A stretch of 64,000 bases of DNA, from positions 3,267 to 67,266 of the forward strand of contig JBKHAN010000001.1 in NCBI GenBank assembly GCA_046542845.1, in the 5' to 3' direction. The notes below the pieces were generated by a model. It did no database searches. It saw nothing but the letters and a program-made list of their open reading frames with translations, and was not told the DNA's origin. Shown here in pieces: positions 1 through 7,461 of the stretch (its first letter is position 1; every line of letters starts with the position of its first letter). The position numbers were made by a program, and so were the translations under genes. This stretch comes from Spirochaetaceae bacterium (lineage in GTDB: Bacteria > Spirochaetota > Spirochaetia > DSM-27196 > SKKC01).

Positions 1-1
1 C

Positions 2-1033
2 GTACGCGTAGAGCAGGCTTTGCCGGTCGGCGTGGAACACGTGTCCGGCGATCTGTACTTCGCGGGCCGTCACGATGCGGGGCACGACATAGAACTCACG
101 TATACGATCAGGTGTCCCCGGGGCGTTCACTTGATCCGCTCACCTACGGTCACGGTTTCCAACGCGACCCTGCTTCGGGAGACATCGGTGCAGTCGCCTG
201 ATCGTGTACGCATACACTCGGTTCCACGCGTCCACGGTCCGAGGCGCGTATCGATACGTCCCCCGCAGGTGAACCTCTTTCCCGGCATTATCCCTTCCCG
301 CATAGCGGGAAGCGGAACACAGTTCTTCGACCTTCGCGAGTACCGCCCCGGTGACAGCCTTCGGCGCGTATCGCGGAAATCGCAACTGAGCTCGGGTCGC
401 CTGGCCCGACTACTCGTGACCGAGTACGAGGAAGAACGCGCGGTGGATGTGTGCATCATCCTCGACGTTCGCAGGTCCGTATATGAACACACGGATACCG
501 CGCTGTTCGACGCGGCGTGTAACGGGGCGGCGGGTCTTGCCGAACGGTTCTCTTCGGACGGAAACCGTGTCAGCCTGCTTATGTACGGCGGAGCGTTGCA
601 GTGGGCAGCTCCGGGATACGGGAAACGCCGGAAGGAGGCAATTCTCGATCAACTCGCTGAAGCGCGGTTACAGGAACACGGAGCCTTTCAGGACCTGAGC
701 CGGCTTCCCCTGCACCTTCTTCGGTCCGGGACGCAGCTGATCCTCGTAAGCCCGCTGCACATCGACGACACGAAGGACCTGCATACCCTGCACGCGCGGG
801 GCTTCCGGGTATTTGTCCTTCGTCCGAACTCTCTCGAGTCGTCCCGCAGACAGCTCCCCGACGACGCGTACACGGAGCTTGCGTATCGTCTGGTGAAGCT
901 CGAACACTCCCGTCTCTCCGAGGAACTCGAACGGCACGGTATCCTTGTCGTCGACTGGCGGGATGGTCTGAGCCTCGCGGAGTGCTTCTCCGTGAATCGG
1001 GCGCGGTTCGACGCGTGGAGTCGTCATCGATGA
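2..1033 (+). CDS. DUF58 domain protein (MoxR/Bat-operon type), 5' end probably outside window
   Basis: Track ORF 20..1033 starts at TTG, but the frame stays open back to base 2. Contains the DUF58 signature FFDLREYRPGDSLRRV followed by a vWA-like block VDVCIILDVRRS. Confidence 0.7.
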   Translation, partial: VRVEQALPVGVEHVSGDLYFAGRHDAGHDIELTYTIRCPRGVHLIRSPTVTVSNATLLRETSVQSPDRVRIHSVPRVHGPRRVSIRPPQVNLFPGIIPSRIAGSGTQFFDLREYRPGDSLRRVSRKSQLSSGRLARLLVTEYEEERAVDVCIILDVRRSVYEHTDTALFDAACNGAAGLAERFSSDGNRVSLLMYGGALQWAAPGYGKRRKEAILDQLAEARLQEHGAFQDLSRLPLHLLRSGTQLILVSPLHIDDTKDLHTLHARGFRVFVLRPNSLESSRRQLPDDAYTELAYRLVKLEHSRLSEELERHGILVVDWRDGLSLAECFSVNRARFDAWSRHR

Positions 1034-1500
1034 GCGCGCAGCGTACCGTTCAGTCCGTGTATGCAGTGTCATTCGGCCTCGTAGCCGCTGCTACCGCGCA
1101 TACATACGGGTACGCGGTCCCGGTACTGCTGATTCTCGCCGCATGCGGTGTGGTTCTCCTGCGACGCGTACGTCTGCGGTCGGTTGGAGCCTTCATTCCA
1201 GGAGTTATGCTGATGATGCCGGTCGGAGGTTCGTCGCTGCTTCTGCGGGTCCTCGGTGTCGCCGGAGTACTCCTGATGTTCGAGCTTGAAGCCGTACTGC
1301 TGCGGCAGGGACCGGAGAGTGGCTGGGCGACGTTGAAGCCGGTGGGCATGCATCTTGGCGCCATTGCCCTGAGTTCTGCGCTGGCATACGGACTGTACAC
1401 AGCAGGATTCGTGCTTCCGACCTGGTCAGCCGTCGTGGCGCTCATTTCGCTGTCGGTGCTGTTTCTCAGACTCGGGAGCGACCGTTCCGATACACAGTAA
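1030..1500 (+). CDS. small multi-pass membrane protein, hypothetical
   Basis: ATG at 1030 overlaps the DUF58 stop (ATGA), which suggests translational coupling. The product has 4 hydrophobic helices. The track start at 982 lies inside the DUF58 gene. Confidence 0.5.
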   Translation: MSAQRTVQSVYAVSFGLVAAATAHTYGYAVPVLLILAACGVVLLRRVRLRSVGAFIPGVMLMMPVGGSSLLLRVLGVAGVLLMFELEAVLLRQGPESGWATLKPVGMHLGAIALSSALAYGLYTAGFVLPTWSAVVALISLSVLFLRLGSDRSDTQ

Positions 1501-2187
1501 ACGATCCTCAAGCCGGTACGCCGCGTCGCGCTTCAGTGCGATCATTCTGACTGTTCGCGCGACTCGTGTGTACAGACATCGATTCCCGGCAATTCGCTCG
1601 GCGTAGTCGAGCGTCAGCTCACACGCCTCGGTAAGCTCGGCGACCGAGCATCGCCGTCCGGGAACGAACGCGCAGACGCTCCAGAGCACCGGCATGCGGT
1701 GAGCCGTATCGAGCAGGTCAGCCTGAGTGAACATTTCCCCGTGCGATATTCCGAGCTCAGTGTCTATCATTGCCTTGCACGCGTGAAGCGTACACGCAGG
1801 ACCCGACTCGGGAGTACTCGCTTCGCATTGAACAAAGTCCCACAGAAGCACCGGTGTACCCGGATGCAGAGAGGATAAATAGCGGGAGAATGGCGCCGGG
1901 CCGGCAGCCAGACAATGCAACGCGTCGGCACAAAGAACGAGATCGGGGATCGGACGGTCAAGGCATTCGAGGTCGATGAACTCAGTCAGTGTTCCACGAA
2001 AGCCTGGGGCGTGCTCTGAGAGAAGCGGGTCTACTCCGAAAAAACGCATGGCTTCAAGCCCCGACGCCTCCAGCACCGCTGACGCCGGGAACGGGTCAGA
2101 TTCACCGCATCCGACATCCACCACGCAGCCGACCGATACTGCGCCGAGCGACGCGCGTATGATGTCTGAAAGCTGCGCGCGACTCAC
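1426..2187 (-). CDS. class I SAM-dependent methyltransferase
   Basis: Motif I VVDVGCGES, post-I FFGVDP, motif II LVLCADALHCL. The track start at 2289 would overlap dusA by about 100 nt. An in-frame GTG at 2187 forms a GTGA overlap with the dusA stop. Confidence 0.6.
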   Translation of the reverse strand: MSRAQLSDIIRASLGAVSVGCVVDVGCGESDPFPASAVLEASGLEAMRFFGVDPLLSEHAPGFRGTLTEFIDLECLDRPIPDLVLCADALHCLAAGPAPFSRYLSSLHPGTPVLLWDFVQCEASTPESGPACTLHACKAMIDTELGISHGEMFTQADLLDTAHRMPVLWSVCAFVPGRRCSVAELTEACELTLDYAERIAGNRCLYTRVARTVRMIALKRDAAYRLEDRLLCIGTVAPESEKQHRQRNERHDG

Positions 2188-3185
2188 CCCGGGGATGCCT
2201 CGAGAGCGTCTGTCGGCATACTCTCGACAACGTGCCGCAGACGCGGTGCAGCATTCTCCGGGAGTTTTCCGCTGAGCCCCTGTCGCCACCGGCGCGCACC
2301 GGGCATCCCGGAAAACAGGCCGAGCATGTGGCGCAGTATCTTGCGCGACGGCGTGCCCTGCGCGTGCCAGCGCTCAAGGTAGGGAATCATCCGTTCCGCT
2401 GCCGCCCGGCGGTGCTCCGAGGGGCACGGTGCCCCCGACGTGCGGGGATCCACGCCGCTCATGACCCAGGGCGTCTCATACGCGGCCCTTCCTATCATGA
2501 CCCGATCTACGTGGACCAGATGTGCCTCAGCGGCATCCAGGCTGCGTATACCGCCGTTTATCTCAATATCGAGATCGGGAAAATCGGTCTTGAGGCGATA
2601 GACATCTTCGTACCGCAACGGCGGCACGGTCCGGTTCTCTTTCGGACTGAGTCCCTCAAGCCACGCTATTCGTGCATGGACCGTAAAGCGCTCCGGTCCC
2701 GCCTCGCGCACACGCTTCACAAAGTTGTACATGTCCTCGTATCGGTCGAGATGATCGATTCCGATGCGATGCTTGACGGTAACCGGTTTTCCGGTGTTGC
2801 GCCGCATTGCTTCGACTATGCGCGCAACCAGATCGGGACTTGCCATGAGGCACGCTCCCAGACCCCGCTCCTGAACCCGATCCGACGGACATCCGACGTT
2901 CAGATTCACCTCGTCGTAGTCCCACGGCTCTGCTGCGGCGACCGCCCGCGCAATCTCCTCGGGGTCACTCCCTCCGAGTTGGAGCGCGAGTGGTCGTTCA
3001 ACGGGGTCGAAGTCGAGAAGCCATGCGCGGTCTCCGTGAACTATCGCAGCGGTCGAAATCATTTCCGTATACAGCAGCGCGTCACGCGTAATGCCGCGCA
3101 TAAAGTAGCGGTAATGGCGGTCGGACCAGTCCATCATGGGAGCAACGGAATAGGGAATGTGAGGTAAACGGGCGTTCGTCTGCAT
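2184..3185 (-). CDS. dusA: tRNA dihydrouridine(20/20a) synthase DusA
   Basis: N-terminus YSVAPMMDWSDRHYRYFMR matches the DusA hallmark. Also NLNVGCPS and a TIM-barrel Dus pattern over the full length of 333 aa. Confidence 0.9.
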   Translation of the reverse strand: MQTNARLPHIPYSVAPMMDWSDRHYRYFMRGITRDALLYTEMISTAAIVHGDRAWLLDFDPVERPLALQLGGSDPEEIARAVAAAEPWDYDEVNLNVGCPSDRVQERGLGACLMASPDLVARIVEAMRRNTGKPVTVKHRIGIDHLDRYEDMYNFVKRVREAGPERFTVHARIAWLEGLSPKENRTVPPLRYEDVYRLKTDFPDLDIEINGGIRSLDAAEAHLVHVDRVMIGRAAYETPWVMSGVDPRTSGAPCPSEHRRAAAERMIPYLERWHAQGTPSRKILRHMLGLFSGMPGARRWRQGLSGKLPENAAPRLRHVVESMPTDALEASPG

Positions 3186-3430
3186 CTGTGGTGATAGTGA
3201 CTATGATCTCGAAACAGGGTCAAGGGCGCGGGGGCTATGGAGCTCCGCACCGGTTGTATAGTGTCCGCAACCCTGGTGTTGAATACGGGCTAAATATAGC
3301 TTAGGCAATGGTTTATGTACTCTTTTATGAGAATTGTCCGCCGTTCTTCTATGTTTTTATGCGTAAAACATTTATGGCTGTAAAACACCACGGTCGCGGA
3401 CAGTAAACACCGGTTGAACCGCTGCCGGGC

Positions 3431-3462
3431 ATAAAACGAAGGCCGGGGATTGCCCGGCCTTC
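3431..3462 (-). terminator. intrinsic terminator (minus strand)
   Basis: Perfect 10-bp stem GAAGGCCGGG / CCCGGCCTTC (3438..3447 and 3453..3462) with a 5-nt loop, followed on the minus strand by GTTTTAT. Confidence 0.6.
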
Positions 3463-3617
3463 AAAACAAGGGGAGGATAGGGAAGGTTTCGGTTCGGCCG
3501 CTGTTCAGACTGCCGCTGAAAGCGAATCCCGGTAACACGGAAGGAGGGCCGCGGGAGCCGGTATCGACTCCAAACCACCTCTCAACGGCGAACGTATGCG
3601 ACGTTGCCGAATACCTT
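3463..3617 (-). ncRNA. candidate structured small RNA of unknown family, bounded by two minus-strand terminators
   Basis: No credible ORF. A 10-bp closing helix joins AAGGT.TTCGG near 3620..3610 to CCGAA.ACCTT near 3500..3487. Internal hairpins include GGCAACGT-cgcat-ACGTTcGCC and GGAG-n10-CTCC. The region ends in the terminator at 3431..3462. I could not place it in any known family by eye. Confidence 0.3.
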
Positions 3618-3674
3618 AAAAAAACGCGCCGGTGGGTTATATTCAGGTTGCGCTGTTGAAGTAGCCACCGGCGC
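3618..3674 (-). terminator. terminator-like long hairpin plus T7 run (minus strand)
   Basis: 10-bp stem GCGCCGGTGG / CCACCGGCGC (3665..3674 pairs with 3626..3635) and a 29-nt loop holding an inner TTCA/TGAA helix. It is followed on the minus strand by G and then seven T. Confidence 0.4.
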
Positions 3675-3754
3675 TCGTGACGGATAACATCAACGATGTC
3701 TCTGCCTTACACGATGAAACCTATACCTCGAAGGTCTCACCCGTATTTCGGGGG

Positions 3755-3772
3755 CATTACAGTGCTGTAATG
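3755..3772. promoter_or_regulatory. perfect 8-2-8 palindrome, candidate operator upstream of ABC system #1
   Basis: CATTACAG-TG-CTGTAATG lies about 35 bp upstream of a consensus TATAAT at 3806..3811. Confidence 0.4.
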
Positions 3773-3869
3773 TTCAACGCTTAACGCAATCATAACATTC
3801 GTATGTATAATGGGCGCCGTGAACAGGCCCAATCAGACAAAGAGCAGACCGCACAGAGCACAGCGGGCC

Positions 3870-5033
3870 ATGTCGGCGCGTTTTGAGGGCTATGCGTTTA
3901 TCGCCCCTGCGGTGGTACTGGTCGGACTTTTCGGGATCTGGCCTGTCTTTTACACGGTATACATAAGTTTTCACGCCTGGCGAATACGACGAGGTCCCTT
4001 TGTCGGGCTCGAGAATTACCGGACTATTTTTGGTTCGCTCCCGGTCATGGCGGCCCTTGCCGGAGCCGTGTTTGTGCTTGCCCTTGCCCTTACGCTTCTG
4101 AATCACAGACGGTCCACACACTATGTATACCGTGCAGAGATGGATACGGGGTTGCGAATAGTTCGAATACTCGGCTATGCGACACTTGCTGCTGCCGCCG
4201 CGCTTTTCTTCGTGCTACTTCCGGTCGCATGGAGCGAGGGAGATTCCCGGTTCTGGCAATCGCTGCGGGTTACCGTGTTCTACTCTCTCGGCACCGTACC
4301 TGTACAGCTCGCCCTCGGTATGGGTATTGCCGTTATGCTCGATCAGAGGTTTCGCGGGAAACAGGCCTTCCGCATGATATACCTTCTGCCGTATGTGGCG
4401 CCGAACGTGGCCTCCGCCACGGTGTTCCAGACCCTGTTCAGCCTGCGTCCGGAGAGCTTTGCGAACCAGCTCCTTGTTTCAGCCGGTCAGGAGCCGCTCC
4501 AGTGGATACGGGAGGTGAGCGGCATTTTTCTCATGGCATTCGGCTGGGGAAGCGGTGATCCTGCCGGAATAACGGGGGAGTACTGGCAAGGCTGGATTCA
4601 GGGTCCGGGGCTTAGTCTGGTTACTATCATGATCCTGAGCGTGTGGATCTATACCGGCTACTACGCGCTTATCTACGCCAACGGCCTGGCGAATATTCCG
4701 AAGCAGTTATACGAAGCAGCCGAAGTAGACGGGGCAAGTCGGTTGACGGTCCTGCGATCCATAACCATACCGCTCCTTTCGCCCACCACGTTTTTTCTGA
4801 CCATGCTCGGTGTCATAGGAACCTTCAAGAGTTTCAACACCATATACGTCATGAGAATGCCTGCTGCAGGCGAAGCGGTGGACACGCTGAGCATATACAT
4901 GTTTTTCACGTTCTTCCGACGACAGCGCTACGGGTACGCAGCCGCCATGGCGCTTGTACTGTTCGTTATAATACTGGGACTGACGATCTATCAGCGAAAA
5001 GTCATGGAGCGCAGGGTGCATTATGGAGACTAG
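3870..5033 (+). CDS. carbohydrate ABC transporter permease (CUT1, MalF/UgpA-like)
   Basis: Six-TM permease with an EAA-loop region LYEAAEVDGASRLTVLRSITIPLL. The track start at 3810 sits inside a TATAAT hexamer. The ATG at 3870 (MSARFEGYAFIAP) gives a typical N-terminus. Confidence 0.8.
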   Translation: MSARFEGYAFIAPAVVLVGLFGIWPVFYTVYISFHAWRIRRGPFVGLENYRTIFGSLPVMAALAGAVFVLALALTLLNHRRSTHYVYRAEMDTGLRIVRILGYATLAAAAALFFVLLPVAWSEGDSRFWQSLRVTVFYSLGTVPVQLALGMGIAVMLDQRFRGKQAFRMIYLLPYVAPNVASATVFQTLFSLRPESFANQLLVSAGQEPLQWIREVSGIFLMAFGWGSGDPAGITGEYWQGWIQGPGLSLVTIMILSVWIYTGYYALIYANGLANIPKQLYEAAEVDGASRLTVLRSITIPLLSPTTFFLTMLGVIGTFKSFNTIYVMRMPAAGEAVDTLSIYMFFTFFRRQRYGYAAAMALVLFVIILGLTIYQRKVMERRVHYGD

Positions 5034-5886
5034 GCATCAGTACGAGAAAGCCCTGGTGAAAGTCGTCCTGTGGACCATGCTGCTCGCGGGCGGTTTTCTG
5101 TCTCTCATGCCCTTCCTCTACATGGTCGGCACAAGCCTCAAGACCTTCGGCGAGACGATTACCCGGAACGCCCCCTTTCCGTGGATGTCCGGTTTCTGGC
5201 CTGAACTGGACAACATTCAATGGCAGAACTACGTGGAAGCCTGGATTACCGCCTCGTTCGACCGCTTCTTTTTCAACAGCGTGGCGATTGCAACGGTCAA
5301 CGTGACCGGCACCTTCCTGGTCACCGTCCTCGCCGCTTTTGCGTTTGCAAAACTCGAATTTCCGGGAAGGGACGCTATCTTCACCATCCTTCTTGCGACG
5401 CTCATGATCCCGGACGACGTAAAACTTATTCCGAACTTTCTCACGATCAGCCGCCTCGGTCTCATTGATACGATCTGGGCCATGACCATCCCCTTTATGG
5501 GCAGCGTATTTTTCATCTTCCTGGTACGACAGTTCTTCCGCCAGGTACCAGGCGAGCTCCTCGATTCAGCGCGCATAGACGGTGCGACGCATTTCGGTAT
5601 GTTGTGGCGCATTGTTGTCCCTTTGACGAAAGCCCCCCTGTTCACGATGGTATTTCTGTCGTTTTCCAACGCATGGAACGATCTGCAGTGGCCCCTGATC
5701 GTCAGCAGAAGCGAGCGCTGGCGTCCTATTACGGTGGGGTTAACCCGCTTTGTAGACGAAGCGGCAGCTCAGACTCACCTTCGCATGGCAGGAACACTCA
5801 TAGCCATGGTTCCCATACTGGTTATCTATTTTATCGCTCAGAAGCAGATTACCGAGGCAATTACCAAGACCGGGCTCAAGGGGTAA
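5023..5886 (+). CDS. carbohydrate ABC transporter permease (CUT1, MalG/UgpE-like)
   Basis: EAA loop LLDSARIDGATHFGMLWRIVVPL. Overlaps the upstream permease gene by 11 nt. Confidence 0.85.
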   Translation: METRHQYEKALVKVVLWTMLLAGGFLSLMPFLYMVGTSLKTFGETITRNAPFPWMSGFWPELDNIQWQNYVEAWITASFDRFFFNSVAIATVNVTGTFLVTVLAAFAFAKLEFPGRDAIFTILLATLMIPDDVKLIPNFLTISRLGLIDTIWAMTIPFMGSVFFIFLVRQFFRQVPGELLDSARIDGATHFGMLWRIVVPLTKAPLFTMVFLSFSNAWNDLQWPLIVSRSERWRPITVGLTRFVDEAAAQTHLRMAGTLIAMVPILVIYFIAQKQITEAITKTGLKG

Positions 5887-5998
5887 GTCCGGCATGGGTG
5901 CTGAACGCAATTTGAATCCGGTCATAACAAAAAGTTAACAGAACAGGTAAAAAATAACGGAACATTCTTTTATTGCGATACCGGTAAGGAGGGTATGC

Positions 5999-7345
5999 AT
6001 GCGACCAAATACATTTCTAAGGATCGGCATTATCATTTTGATTGCCGTCATGATTCCAGGGATGCTTTTCGCCGCGGGTGAGACCGAACAACCCGCAACG
6101 GAGGGCATGGACATCGATTCCATTGACCCAAGCGGGCAGACGATCACGTTCTGGCACCAGCATTCCGGCGCTCGGGAAGAGGAACTGCTTTCGCTTATTG
6201 AAGACTTCAACTCAACGAACGAGTGGGACATAGAAGTCGTGGCAAGTTACGAGGGCGGGTACGGTGACATCTACAACCAGATGATTACCGGTATTGCCGC
6301 AGGCGACGTACCCGACCTCGTCGTTGCGTATCAGAATCAGTCGGCTGCCTACCAGGTGGCAGACGGTCTCGTCGACCTGACTCCTTTTGTTGAGCACCCG
6401 GAGTACGGCGTATCGGATCTTGACGACTTTTTCCCCGGTATCCTCGCCGCGGACGTGAACGCCCAGTTCGACAACCAGCGGCTCGGGTTTCCGCCGAATC
6501 GCTCGATAGAAGTCCTGTACTACAATCGAACCTGGCTTGAGGAACTCGGATACGACGACCCGCCAAGCAGCTGGGACGAGTTTGCCGAAATGGTGGAGGC
6601 TGCGACCGACGACGAAGACGACACGTACGGATACGCGATTCGCACCGACGCATCGAATCTCTACGCCATGGCTATCGCCAACGGCTTTGAAATTGCCCGC
6701 GAAGACGGAAGCGGGTATAATTTCGCCGCTCCGGAAGTCGCCATGGGTCCGGAGCTCATGCGGGATCTCCTCGAGGCGGGCCACGCGCGTCTGATCGCAG
6801 AGCGCTTTGCCGACCAGGCTGACTTCGGTAACAGTCGGGTCCTGTTCACCATGGGCTCGAGCAGCGGTATCCCGTTCTACGCCAGCGCCGTCGAAGCCGG
6901 TGCTGAAGGACCGTTCGAGTGGGGAGTTGCACCGATCCCGTATTCGACCTCACGCCCGCAGGCCAACCTCTACGGGGCGAGCGTCAGCGTACCCCGGACG
7001 ACACCCGAGCGCGAGCTCGCCGCGTGGTTGTTCCTTCGCTGGTACACCGAGCCCGAGCAGCAGATACGATGGGCGAGAGCCTCAAACTACTTCAGTCCTC
7101 GGCGGAGCGTAACTGAGGGTGAGGAGCTTGACGACTATATTGAACAGAATCCCGTATACGCAGACGCGCTGGATATTCTGTTGACCGCTGATACCAACGC
7201 TGAGCCTCCATTTTCGGGCTACGACGAGGTTCGGGACCTGATGAATCAGGCTTTCAACGCGATCCTCGACGGCGCCGACGCCATGGAAACGCTTGAAGAC
7301 CTCGAAGACGAAGCGAACGAAGTACATCGCCTTTCGGCGCCCTGA
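5999..7345 (+). CDS. extracellular solute-binding protein (ABC, family 1)
   Basis: Signal peptide MRPNTFLRIGIIILIAVMIPGMLFAAG, strong SD AAGGAGGG upstream, and SBP_bac_1-like length and composition. Confidence 0.8.
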   Translation: MRPNTFLRIGIIILIAVMIPGMLFAAGETEQPATEGMDIDSIDPSGQTITFWHQHSGAREEELLSLIEDFNSTNEWDIEVVASYEGGYGDIYNQMITGIAAGDVPDLVVAYQNQSAAYQVADGLVDLTPFVEHPEYGVSDLDDFFPGILAADVNAQFDNQRLGFPPNRSIEVLYYNRTWLEELGYDDPPSSWDEFAEMVEAATDDEDDTYGYAIRTDASNLYAMAIANGFEIAREDGSGYNFAAPEVAMGPELMRDLLEAGHARLIAERFADQADFGNSRVLFTMGSSSGIPFYASAVEAGAEGPFEWGVAPIPYSTSRPQANLYGASVSVPRTTPERELAAWLFLRWYTEPEQQIRWARASNYFSPRRSVTEGEELDDYIEQNPVYADALDILLTADTNAEPPFSGYDEVRDLMNQAFNAILDGADAMETLEDLEDEANEVHRLSAP

Positions 7346-7372
7346 CGCACGGCTTCCTTCGAAAGCAGGGAC

Positions 7373-7406
7373 GGCTGCCCGCACACCGCGGGCAGCCTTT
7401 TTTTTT
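7373..7406 (+). terminator. intrinsic terminator after ABC system #1
   Basis: GGCTGCCCGC-acacc-GCGGGCAGCC followed by T9. Confidence 0.85.
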
Positions 7407-7461
7407 GTACCGGTCTGGCCGCTTGTGAGGTGCATATCAACGGTATAGACTTCAAGGTGCT

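Noticed and set aside
2232-3167. Long antisense ORFs opposite real genes: 2232..3167, 8113..9168, 17641..18579, 36562..37530, 40404..41321, 51221..52141, 53029..53991, 45106..45633, 12013..12759
   Set aside because: Each lies opposite a gene with strong family motifs. The translations are low-complexity and Arg/Pro/Ser-rich, and none has a ribosome-binding site or domain signature that I could see.
3466-3620. Cobalamin riboswitch, or other known RNAs (RNase P, SRP, SAM, c-di-GMP or Mn riboswitches), in the large intergenic region
   Set aside because: A GGGAAGG and a CCGCTGT segment initially suggested a cobalamin element. The GGUG-AA-CC core and the GCCACUG B12 box are absent. The conserved cores of the other families that I remember are also missing. 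I kept the region only as an unclassified RNA candidate.
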